A stretch of 34,263 nucleotides of DNA from a virus (taxonomy: Duplodnaviria; Caudoviricetes). The DNA is taken from positions 1-34,263 of the IMG/VR virus record IMGVR_UViG_3300047275_000117. One strand, given 5' to 3'. The position numbers were made by a program, and so were the translations under genes. Under the pieces are notes generated by a model, which did not search any database, was not told the DNA's origin, and saw nothing but the letters and a program-made list of their open reading frames with translations. Below are positions 16,481 through 23,946 of the stretch, piece after piece. How positions within the stretch are numbered: the first letter of the stretch is position 1; each line of letters begins with the position of its first letter.

Positions 16481-16497
16481 TGTGGAGACCAGATGAG

Positions 16498-16578
16498 AAC
16501 CCTTTAGCGGGGGCTTGATACGCATGATCTCCACCATGCTGGCCTGTCAAGCCCGAGCCTCCACTAGAGGGTTTTTTT
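16498..16578 (+). ncRNA. C4/CI-like antisense RNA or attenuator element
   Basis: Nested stems 16498-16507/16564-16573, 16511-16520/16545-16554, 16522-16526/16535-16539. Loop ATCTCCAC is complementary to GTGGAGA at 16482 and 16711. Followed by a U-tract. Confidence 0.6.
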
Positions 16579-16584
16579 ATTTCT

Positions 16585-16830
16585 AGTCGTACTCCTCACG
16601 TTAGCAAGAGCTTGAATCGGCTGCGAGGAAGAAAAGACACCTTATGCGTACACCCTGCATCAAGGTTCCAGCCTGTCAGCGAGGGACTGGAGTAGATTGA
16701 GAGACAAGCGGTGGAGACCAACTCTCAGTTGAATGAATCGCTGCCTTATGGGTTATCTAGGTTGAGTGTTATTAAGTTCTGCTGGTGTTAGCAACTGGGA
16801 TCAGGTGGGCTTCCACCCTTGGGGGAGCTA
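16585..16830 (+). ncRNA. Putative structured RNA upstream of the replication gene
   Basis: No credible ORF; consecutive hairpins and a possible pseudoknot (CAGCGA 16677-16682 / TCGCTG 16738-16743). Confidence 0.45.
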
Positions 16831-16851
16831 TGTCTAAAAAAGGAGAAGAAG

Positions 16852-17241
16852 ATGGAATTTGAAGATTTCTGGAAGGAGTACCCGAGAAAGATAGCAAAGG
16901 GGGATGCAAGAAAAGCCTGGGCGCAAACAGAGAAGGTCAGGCCAGACATACAGACCATCATCAAAGCAATAAAGGCAGCAAAGCAGACAGATAGCTGGAG
17001 GGAGAACGGAGGCAAGTACATACCCTATCCAGCGACATGGTTAAGAGCAGAGAGATGGGACGATGACTACGGGGTGGAGCTAGAGAACACCGTAGAGATA
17101 GAAGGCAAGATTGTTAACTGGTGGGAGAGTGCCACCGGAATAGAAAAGAAGGGCAGGGAGTTAGGACTCAAGCCTGAAGACTTCCCCAGCTTCCCAGACT
17201 TCAAAGCAGCGGTTATGCGACAGTCTATGAGGGCGGCATGA
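16852..17241 (+). CDS. Replication initiator/replisome-organiser C-terminal domain (helicase-loader-like), no N-terminal HTH
   Basis: ATG 16852 with AGGAGAAG RBS; FEDFWKEYPRKIAKGDARKAW...YIPYPATWLRAERWDD starts at residue 3. Confidence 0.7.
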   Translation: MEFEDFWKEYPRKIAKGDARKAWAQTEKVRPDIQTIIKAIKAAKQTDSWRENGGKYIPYPATWLRAERWDDDYGVELENTVEIEGKIVNWWESATGIEKKGRELGLKPEDFPSFPDFKAAVMRQSMRAA

Positions 17242-17960
17242 ATGAGTTGGCTCTTTTCGCAGGCGCTGGCGGAGGAATACTTGGGGGACATCTCCTTGGA
17301 TGGAGAACGGTCTGTGCAGTCGAATGGGAACCCTACCCAGCAAGCGTACTTGCCGCCAGACAGAATGACGGCATTCTCCCGCCTTTCCCGATTTGGGATG
17401 ACATACAAACCTTTGACGGAAGACCGTGGCGAGGAATTGTTGATGTCGTATCTGGAGGCTTTCCATGCCAGGACATCTCAGCCGCAGGTAAAGGAGCAGG
17501 GATCGACGGAGAGCGATCAGGAATGTGGCGAGAGATGGCGAGGATCATTCACGAAGTACGACCCAGATTCGTCTTCGTGGAGAACTCACCAATGCTCACT
17601 AGCAGGGGACTTGGAACTGTTCTCGGAGACTTGGCCTCGATGGGGTTTGATGCGAGATGGGGAGTGTTGGGAGCAGCCGATGTTGGCGCTCCGCATCAGC
17701 GAGACAGAATCTGGGTCAAAGCAAAAATGGACAACACCAACGGCTCACATGGCAAAGGAAACAAATGCACCATCAGAGTCGGAACGGAATACGCCAACAC
17801 TTGCCGCACAAGCTGGTGGGAAGTTGAACCCGATGTGGGTCGAGTGGCTGATGGGGTGGCCTGTCGGATGGACAGACTTAAAGCCACTGGAAATGGACAA
17901 GTTTCAAAAGTGGCTAGACGAGCATGGGAGGCGCTAGGTGAAGCACATCCTCACACATGA
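17238..17960 (+). CDS. C5-cytosine DNA methyltransferase, catalytic (alpha-like) chain
   Basis: Motif I LFAGAGG, IV GGFPCQD, VI FVENS, VIII HQRDRIW, X RLKATGNGQV; no motif IX in this frame. Confidence 0.9.
   Translation: MNELALFAGAGGGILGGHLLGWRTVCAVEWEPYPASVLAARQNDGILPPFPIWDDIQTFDGRPWRGIVDVVSGGFPCQDISAAGKGAGIDGERSGMWREMARIIHEVRPRFVFVENSPMLTSRGLGTVLGDLASMGFDARWGVLGAADVGAPHQRDRIWVKAKMDNTNGSHGKGNKCTIRVGTEYANTCRTSWWEVEPDVGRVADGVACRMDRLKATGNGQVSKVARRAWEALGEAHPHT
17242..17937 (+). CDS. Overlapping +1-frame protein, probable second (beta-like) chain of the C5 methyltransferase
   Basis: 231 aa open across almost the whole MTase gene; WTTPTA and GGKLNPMWVEWLMGWPVGWT (motif IX-like); its stop abuts the next gene start at 17938. 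Confidence 0.75.
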   Translation: MSWLFSQALAEEYLGDISLDGERSVQSNGNPTQQAYLPPDRMTAFSRLSRFGMTYKPLTEDRGEELLMSYLEAFHARTSQPQVKEQGSTESDQECGERWRGSFTKYDPDSSSWRTHQCSLAGDLELFSETWPRWGLMRDGECWEQPMLALRISETESGSKQKWTTPTAHMAKETNAPSESERNTPTLAAQAGGKLNPMWVEWLMGWPVGWTDLKPLEMDKFQKWLDEHGRR

Positions 17961-18267
17961 CCGCACGAGGGTCATACAGGCCATCTCAGAGGCTCCAGAC
18001 GGGCATACAGTAGAGATCAAAGCACCCAGCAGGTCAGACGAGCAGAACAGGCTTTATTGGGCGCAATTGGGTGAGTTATCGGATAAACACGGACACACAC
18101 CTAGTCTCTGGCATGAGTACTTTAAGAAGCAATTCCTGGGTGAGCATACCTTCCAAGTTCACGACGAGGTGATCTGGGTTCCCGCTTCTACGACTAAGTT
18201 GACCAAGGCTGAGTTTGCTGAGTATGTCGAGCAGGTCTTTCACTGGATAGCCGAGAATGCTGAATAA
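17938..18267 (+). CDS. ninB: NinB/Orf-family recombination accessory protein
   Basis: RSDEQNRLYWA, WHEYFKKQFL, STTKLTKAEFAEYVEQV. Confidence 0.75.
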   Translation: MKHILTHDRTRVIQAISEAPDGHTVEIKAPSRSDEQNRLYWAQLGELSDKHGHTPSLWHEYFKKQFLGEHTFQVHDEVIWVPASTTKLTKAEFAEYVEQVFHWIAENAE

Positions 18268-18514
18268 ACTAAACAAGCGTGAGAAGAGCCATCTCCTTCA
18301 GATTAAAGAGATGGACTGTGTAGTGTGTGGCGCTACAGGGCCAAGTGAGGCACACCACATACGGCAGCACTATCAGTATCTGTGTATCCCTCTCTGCCCT
18401 GACTGCCACCGTGGGTCTGTAAACGGATGGCATGGGCAGAGACGAATCTGGGACGTTAAGAAAATGGACGAGCTAGATGCGCTCAATGACACGCTCCAAG
18501 CCCTTCTCTCCTGA
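18257..18514 (+). CDS. Ref-like/DUF968-like zinc HNH protein
   Basis: CVVCG...EAHHIR...IPLCPDCHRG...GWHG. Confidence 0.7.
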   Translation: MLNKLNKREKSHLLQIKEMDCVVCGATGPSEAHHIRQHYQYLCIPLCPDCHRGSVNGWHGQRRIWDVKKMDELDALNDTLQALLS

Positions 18515-18911
18515 GTTACACGACGAGAACGATGGGCCTGCTAAGGATGCAGTGATGGCCTACATTAAACGAGCGTGGAAGCTAGACCCCAGAGAGGGCG
18601 GCAAGTACGACGTAGACATAGACGTGTATGAACGTGATGCGTTAATAGCTCATGTCGAGGTAGAAAAAAGGTCACACTGGGTGGGAGACTTTCCTTTTGC
18701 TACGGTCAACATTCCAGTACGAAAACGCAAGTTTTTTCTACTTGATCTCCCAACCCTACTCTTTTCTGTGAAGGCAGACTTGACACAAGCCTTGTATACC
18801 AAGGGTGATATAATTCTTGACAGTCAAGTTATCAACAACCCTAACAAGTACTTGAAGGAAGAACAGTTCTTTTCTGTTCCCATTCGCTACTGGAAACTGG
18901 TGAATCTGTGA
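18477..18911 (+). CDS. Hypothetical protein, possible PD-(D/E)XK fold
   Basis: 144 aa (alternative start 18486); YDVDI...HVEVEKR pattern. Confidence 0.6.
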   Translation: MRSMTRSKPFSPELHDENDGPAKDAVMAYIKRAWKLDPREGGKYDVDIDVYERDALIAHVEVEKRSHWVGDFPFATVNIPVRKRKFFLLDLPTLLFSVKADLTQALYTKGDIILDSQVINNPNKYLKEEQFFSVPIRYWKLVNL

Positions 18912-19585
18912 CTGCTCTCGTAATCGCCACCCAGAACGCTAAGTGCCTGCCTGTGCTGGCTGCGTCTGTGACCTTCTACGTCCCCCTTGAGGTGGAGGTT
19001 TACCTATCGGGATCAGACATGCTCTTTCCGAGGCATAGGACGCTGAATAGCCCTAACGAGGCTACGAACTTTGGTGATGCGTATAACGCAGTCGTGAACC
19101 AAGCCTTTGAGAGGCATAACGACATCATTGTGTGCAACGACGATATTGTGTTTACGCCTTACACTTTCCAGACACTAATGGAAGATGTAGCAACGTTGGC
19201 ACATCGGAAACTGGGATGGGTGGCCTGTCGGTCTGACTACGCCAGGGGCGCTCAGAACATCCGCTACAGGCACGACGGGGACTGCTTCGCAATGAAGCAC
19301 GCATCAGAGGCGCACATTGTCAGGACACATGTAATCGCCCCCATCTGTGCGTATATACAAAAACCTGCCTGGGTGGACTTCCCGCCTATCAACTGGTTCA
19401 GCGATGACATCCAGTGCCACGACATGTCTGAGAAGGGATACGAACACTACATTTCCAGAGCGTATATCCACCACGTTGGTAGCCAGACCTGCGGCATGGA
19501 CTACGACAAGTGCATTGAAGACGCAAAGCCTTGGGTACTTGAAAACAGACCGGAGTTCTCACAATGGTTCAAGAAAGACTCTTAA
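18908..19585 (+). CDS. Glycosyltransferase, GT2/GT-A fold
   Basis: NFGDAYN, IVCNDDI (DxD-like), WFSDDIQC, YIHHVGSQT. Confidence 0.75.
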   Translation: MTALVIATQNAKCLPVLAASVTFYVPLEVEVYLSGSDMLFPRHRTLNSPNEATNFGDAYNAVVNQAFERHNDIIVCNDDIVFTPYTFQTLMEDVATLAHRKLGWVACRSDYARGAQNIRYRHDGDCFAMKHASEAHIVRTHVIAPICAYIQKPAWVDFPPINWFSDDIQCHDMSEKGYEHYISRAYIHHVGSQTCGMDYDKCIEDAKPWVLENRPEFSQWFKKDS

Positions 19586-19935
19586 ATTGGGCGAGATGGT
19601 GTAGAGGGTGGGTTGGCCCTCCCAGGCAGACTCAGGCTGCGTCTGCTGAGGGTAACTACATTCCCGAGGCTGGAGAGGTCTGGGAACGTGATGAGATTGA
19701 GATAGAGATTGACGAGCTAGACGCTGAGTTGGTTGAGAAGTGCATAGGAGAGCTTGGCCCGTGGAGTCGAAAAGTCCTTCGGTTTCGTTACGTTGACTTC
19801 CCAGATCACCAAACGTATACTATTGCTCAGAGATTAAGAATCTCTACGGACAGATTGGAAGATGAGCTTAGGGTGTTATTAAGGAGACTAGAGTGGATGC
19901 TCAGAGATCAGAGGAATGGTACAAGAGTCGGCTAG
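19564..19935 (+). CDS. Q-like late antiterminator / sigma-region-4-like HTH regulator
   Basis: ERLLNWARW N-terminus; DAELVEKCIGEL...VLRFRY...IAQRLRIS C-terminal HTH. Confidence 0.6.
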   Translation: MVQERLLNWARWCRGWVGPPRQTQAASAEGNYIPEAGEVWERDEIEIEIDELDAELVEKCIGELGPWSRKVLRFRYVDFPDHQTYTIAQRLRISTDRLEDELRVLLRRLEWMLRDQRNGTRVG

Positions 19936-20498
19936 GCAAGTTAACCGCTTCGAGGTGTGGGGATGCGCTGGCTACAACAAAGACTGGTGAGTCTGCTTAC
20001 CGCAAGAATCTCAGGCTTCAGCTTCTCGCTGAACGTCTTACGGGTGTTCCTACCGTAATCCCTGAGACCCCCGCAATGCGCTGGGGAACAGAACAGGAAC
20101 CCGTCGCCAAGATCGCTTTTAGCGAGTTTACGGGGCTTTCCGTTGAGGATGTAGGGTTCATAGAACACCCTCTCATAAAGGGCTTAGGAGCCTCTCCTGA
20201 CGGCTTTACGAGCGATGGTGGCCTTATAGAGATCAAATGCCCACAAGGGCCAAAGCATATTGAGAACTTTCTCAGCGAGAGAGTTCCCTCCGACTATAGG
20301 CCGCAGCTACTCTGCCAGGTAGCCTGTACAGGTCGGGAGTTCGTACACTGGGTTTCCTTCCACCCAATGTTCCCCAAAGCATCCCAGATCAAAGTCATCA
20401 GGTTCGAGCCGAGCCAAGACGAGATACGGGAGTTTGAGGAAAAGGTTTACACCTTCTTGGAAGAGCTTAACGAATGGGAGAAGCGTCTTGGAAATTAA
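19893..20498 (+). CDS. YqaJ / lambda-exonuclease-family recombination nuclease
   Basis: QRSEEWYKSRLGKLTAS, MRWGTEQEP, GASPDG, LIEIKCP, YRPQ..CQ. Confidence 0.92.
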   Translation: MDAQRSEEWYKSRLGKLTASRCGDALATTKTGESAYRKNLRLQLLAERLTGVPTVIPETPAMRWGTEQEPVAKIAFSEFTGLSVEDVGFIEHPLIKGLGASPDGFTSDGGLIEIKCPQGPKHIENFLSERVPSDYRPQLLCQVACTGREFVHWVSFHPMFPKASQIKVIRFEPSQDEIREFEEKVYTFLEELNEWEKRLGN

Positions 20499-20694
20499 GA
20501 TTGACACTGACACCGACAACATGGACGAGGTTATGGAGTACATGCAAGGCCCGTTCATGATGGCGGCTATTGAATCATTTCGGCATCACCTCCGCACCTT
20601 GGAGAAGACTGCCGACATGACGGACGACGCTCAGGCGTTGTTTGATAAGGTGCAAGATTTGTTTGCACAAGAGTTTGCTGAGTTTCTTAAATAG
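20488..20694 (+). CDS. Hypothetical protein
   Basis: Likely TTG start at 20488 with GGGAG RBS (the track starts at 20434). Confidence 0.55.
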   Translation: MEIKIDTDTDNMDEVMEYMQGPFMMAAIESFRHHLRTLEKTADMTDDAQALFDKVQDLFAQEFAEFLK

Positions 20695-20702
20695 GAGGCG
20701 GT

Positions 20703-20903
20703 ATGTTGACTAAACAAGCGTTGTACACAATTGATGCAAGTAATAACTTTGGTGAGACGACCTACGCACTGAAGGTTGTGGATGACTTGGTAACCATTGA
20801 GGCTGAAGACAAAGAAGAACTGTATTTGGGTGATCTTGACCAAGCACTTGAGGTTATTGGGGAAACTTTGAAGGCACTTAAAGAGGTGAAGAATGGGGAT
20901 TAA
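20703..20903 (+). CDS. Acidic hypothetical protein
   Basis: 66 aa, AGGAGG RBS. Confidence 0.7.
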   Translation: MLTKQALYTIDASNNFGETTYALKVVDDLVTIEAEDKEELYLGDLDQALEVIGETLKALKEVKNGD

Positions 20904-21120
20904 GTACGAAGTCATCGCAAGTAGCGGAACTTACACCAACAAGGCTGGCGAGGAAAAGAAGCGCTGGGTGAAAATGGGTGTGGTTATGGATACCAGGAAT
21001 GGTATGAGCATCAAGCTGGAGTCTGTGCCTGTAGGCTGGGATGGTTGGGCTATGTTGACCGAGCCAAAGCAGAAAGACGCTCCCAAGGCTGGATTCGACG
21101 ATGACGAGGTTCCATTTTGA
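20893..21120 (+). CDS. Small SSB-like protein
   Basis: 75 aa; GTYTNKAGEEKKRW..MG; acidic C-terminal DDDEVPF like the bacterial SSB tail. Confidence 0.7.
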   Translation: MGIKYEVIASSGTYTNKAGEEKKRWVKMGVVMDTRNGMSIKLESVPVGWDGWAMLTEPKQKDAPKAGFDDDEVPF

Positions 21121-21554
21121 TCTACGACGTTGAAGCCTTCCTGAAAGCCTGCGGACAGGAGCCTTCGCACAAGACCATCTCTCTCTATCACGATTTAGTG
21201 GTAGAGGAGATTGGTGAACTTGAAGATGCGATGGCAGACTTTAACGCAGCAGAGACTGAGCAAGATGAACTCCAGGCCAAAGCAGATGCGCTTGACGCTA
21301 TCTGTGACTCAATCTGGGTTCTTATCGGTCTGGCTCAGATGATGAACCTACCACTAGAGCGTGGATGGGATGAGGTTGCTATCTCGAACCTCAGAAAGAT
21401 TGACCCAGAACTCGGACGGGTGCAGAGAGACGAGAACGGGAAGATCATGAAGCCAGAAGGATGGCGACCCCCAGACATGCTGAGGATTATCAAACATGAC
21501 CCTCGACAGACTTCTTCAGTATTTGGACAGAAAACGTCCGGTATCGACGAATGA
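21117..21554 (+). CDS. MazG-like nucleotide pyrophosphohydrolase
   Basis: EEIGEL...DAICDSIWV..G, WDEVAISNLRK, RDENGKIMKPEGWRPP. Confidence 0.85.
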   Translation: MIYDVEAFLKACGQEPSHKTISLYHDLVVEEIGELEDAMADFNAAETEQDELQAKADALDAICDSIWVLIGLAQMMNLPLERGWDEVAISNLRKIDPELGRVQRDENGKIMKPEGWRPPDMLRIIKHDPRQTSSVFGQKTSGIDE

Positions 21555-21690
21555 CATCGCCCATCACTTCCTTGTCTCTCCGTCTTTGGTAAGACTCAGA
21601 TGCAACTTACTCTTGGAGACGGGGGATTTGGAGGTGAGCTACCAAGGGAAGGCTCGATTGTTCAGACGCTCAGTAAAGAGGAGTTCATGA
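21496..21690 (+). CDS. Small winged-HTH protein
   Basis: LLQYL...VSTNDIAHHFLVSPSLVRLRCNLLLETG. Confidence 0.6.
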   Translation: MTLDRLLQYLDRKRPVSTNDIAHHFLVSPSLVRLRCNLLLETGDLEVSYQGKARLFRRSVKRSS

Positions 21691-21881
21691 GCAAGATTAA
21701 AGCTGAACACGAGTGGAAGATGAACGGACTGGCTATCCACCTACTCAACATGCCTAAACGCAGAAGGGTAGGATGGTTAGCCGAGTTCGAGGAGAAGCAC
21801 GGAGAGACGCTTACGACTGAACTGAAGTCAGTGATCTTACAGCTTCACGCAGTTCGGAAATCGTCTGATCCCGACGCTTGA
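21687..21881 (+). CDS. Hypothetical protein, last gene of the rightward operon
   Basis: ATGA-coupled start at 21687 with GAGGAG RBS. Confidence 0.65.
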   Translation: MSKIKAEHEWKMNGLAIHLLNMPKRRRVGWLAEFEEKHGETLTTELKSVILQLHAVRKSSDPDA

Positions 21882-22005
21882 CCTTGTTTAGCAGGCTGTG
21901 GACTACACCCTCCAATTGGTTGATGTAGCGATCCTTCTCCACGAAGTCTTCACGCATCACGTTGTATAGTCTTTCCTGCATTTCAATCTGTTGTTGGATG
22001 CTCAT
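21811..22005 (-). CDS. Coiled-coil hypothetical protein, last gene of the late operon
   Basis: 64 aa, ATGA-coupled to the HNH gene; overlaps the convergent gene by 71 nt. Confidence 0.6.
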   Translation of the reverse strand: MSIQQQIEMQERLYNVMREDFVEKDRYINQLEGVVHSLLNKVKRRDQTISELREAVRSLTSVQS

Positions 22006-22409
22006 TTGTGTACCTTTTTCAGTGCTACCTTGAATTGATCCCTGACCTTATCCAACACCTTATTCTCGAATTCTACGTCATTGTGCAAGTATCTGTGGCA
22101 GTTGGCGCAGAGCACTATGCACTTCTTTATCTCCTCCCTTAAACGCTTCCAGGAGTTGTTAGCAGCCAGCTTGTAGACCTTCTCGTTGTCTGGTTGACGG
22201 ACAACATGGTGAAAGTCTAGGGCGGCAGGATGCTCGTTATAACCGCAGTAAACGCAACAGAGGGTGGACTTGTACTCAGACCACCTTGCGGAGGAAAGAA
22301 TCTTTCCCTTCCTCGTGCGCTCTAGGCTAACCTCTCGGTTTCTGAGGTAGTACTTCCTAGCGTACTCAGCCTGCTTCTGCTTCTTTATGTCTGGGTCTTT
22401 ATACGGCAT
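22002..22409 (-). CDS. HNH endonuclease
   Basis: CVYCG...ALDFHH...EIKKCIVLCANCHR. Confidence 0.85.
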   Translation of the reverse strand: MPYKDPDIKKQKQAEYARKYYLRNREVSLERTRKGKILSSARWSEYKSTLCCVYCGYNEHPAALDFHHVVRQPDNEKVYKLAANNSWKRLREEIKKCIVLCANCHRYLHNDVEFENKVLDKVRDQFKVALKKVHK

Positions 22410-22747
22410 CAGAACTCTAAATGATCCCAGCCCATCGTCTTAGCGACATCGTGAGCTAGTGCTTGGAACTCTGGGCCATGCTTATCCCAGACCGGAGACT
22501 TATCTTTATAGAGTTTGAGGTGGACGATCTCATGCGCCATCGTTTTTAGCGCAGTATCGAGGTGAGCGATCTTCTTCGAGGAGAGTCGGATCGTATGAGG
22601 GTCAGGCGAGTAGTCCCCGTAACAAGTGGGGTCTCGGACTATACCAAAATTGATATATTGGCTTGGAGGTAAACGCCAGCCTTTAATCGGAGGGAGTTGA
22701 ATTAAGCACTCATACATCACTCGGCAAGCATCTGTTGTCAGGCGCAT
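22409..22747 (-). CDS. SprT-like zinc metalloprotease domain protein
   Basis: TMAHEIVH (HExxH) plus downstream HGPEF. Confidence 0.75.
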   Translation of the reverse strand: MRLTTDACRVMYECLIQLPPIKGWRLPPSQYINFGIVRDPTCYGDYSPDPHTIRLSSKKIAHLDTALKTMAHEIVHLKLYKDKSPVWDKHGPEFQALAHDVAKTMGWDHLEF

Positions 22748-22760
22748 ACCGACTTATACC

Positions 22761-22946
22761 TTACTCTTTGTTATCTAACGGTTTCAGTTTGAAGATAGTT
22801 CTGAATGTCCGTGTCTCAACGATGCGAATGCTTGTCCAGATGATCGTAAACAGTGCAGCTACCGCAGGGAGGATGTCGGCAAGGGTTCCGACCACTGTTA
22901 CGACAGAGACCGCATCAAGAGCGTGTTTAGTTGCTTCCGTTGTCAT
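22761..22946 (-). CDS. Small membrane protein, holin candidate
   Basis: 61 aa, hydrophobic core and basic C-terminus; ATGA-coupled to the endolysin. Confidence 0.6.
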   Translation of the reverse strand: MTTEATKHALDAVSVVTVVGTLADILPAVAALFTIIWTSIRIVETRTFRTIFKLKPLDNKE

Positions 22947-23446
22947 GATAAGTAGAGCTTTCGTTCATCTTGTCTTCGTTTAACGAGTCCAGGCAGAACT
23001 TTTCCACCACCCTTGACCCACGCTAAAAAGGCATCGGCGGCTGCTTCAAACTCGCCCCGATTGTTTTTCATGCGGATGGTAGACCTCTGGAAATTACCAA
23101 GTCCCGCATTGAAGGCAAAACTCACACAAGCATCAAAAGCGCCTTGCCGCCCATCCAGATTAGGAGCAAGTCGAAGCACACCACGCTCAAAACGAACCAA
23201 GTCTTGCGTAAAAAGTTCCAGAACCTCCTCCTTCGACCAGATTCTAAAATCTTCTGTCTTGAGAGGGAACTCCGTTCTAATAGGCCCAGTATAACCTTGC
23301 CTTCGTTGAACAGGCAATCTAATCTGTTCTTGGTATAAGACATGGCCCACACCTATCGTCCAAATTTTCGCTGGGCATAAGTATGGCTTAAACCTTATGC
23401 CCTCGTGGTGCATCATCATGTGCTTGCACTTCTCTGAGACCTTCAT
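22943..23446 (-). CDS. Endolysin, GH24 phage lysozyme
   Basis: HEG...PYLCPAKIWTIGVGH (E-x8-C-x5-T), FDACVSFAFNAG, GLVKRRQDE. Confidence 0.92.
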   Translation of the reverse strand: MKVSEKCKHMMMHHEGIRFKPYLCPAKIWTIGVGHVLYQEQIRLPVQRRQGYTGPIRTEFPLKTEDFRIWSKEEVLELFTQDLVRFERGVLRLAPNLDGRQGAFDACVSFAFNAGLGNFQRSTIRMKNNRGEFEAAADAFLAWVKGGGKVLPGLVKRRQDERKLYLS

Positions 23447-23946
23447 CTGCGGTTCCAGTTACGAGACCCGAACCAGAACCCGATAATCCCTCCAAGCATT
23501 GCCATCTCATCGTCAGAGAAGATCATATCGGCTACTGCGATGAATGTACTTACATCTACAATCAGACCAGGTTGCGTGAAGGCATACCAAGCAATACCGA
23601 TGTTAATGGCTACCAACTCCAACACGAAGATATAAGTCACCGTTGGGCGCACTGTCCCGACATAGTTAGCCACCCACTGAGAAGCTCTGTCCAGAACCCT
23701 CTCGTCGTGTTTGAGGGCTGCTTCTGTCATCAAGGCGGTGGTTTCCATAGCCACCTGCTCTGTCTTGATTTCCTCGATGCGCTCTTGGGCTATAAAACCC
23801 TGTGCAGCCAGAGCAAGTTCACGCTCCATCTGGAGGCGCATGAGGTTAGCTTCGTGCGCTTTGTCAGCTTTGTCTTGGAAGAACTCTAGGACTTTAGGCA
23901 GACCAGAGATAAGGAGGCCACCAAGTGTGGAGATGAGTGAAAGCAT
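23443..23946 (-). CDS. Holin-like membrane protein
   Basis: N-terminal hydrophobic helix, coiled coil, VRPTVTY transmembrane segment, C-terminal IIGFWFGSR; directly upstream of the lysozyme. Confidence 0.65.
   Translation of the reverse strand: MLSLISTLGGLLISGLPKVLEFFQDKADKAHEANLMRLQMERELALAAQGFIAQERIEEIKTEQVAMETTALMTEAALKHDERVLDRASQWVANYVGTVRPTVTYIFVLELVAINIGIAWYAFTQPGLIVDVSTFIAVADMIFSDDEMAMLGGIIGFWFGSRNWNRR

Noticed and set aside
16498-16578. tRNA gene
   Set aside because: No T-loop/D-loop consensus or cloverleaf; the stems are nested rather than tRNA-like.
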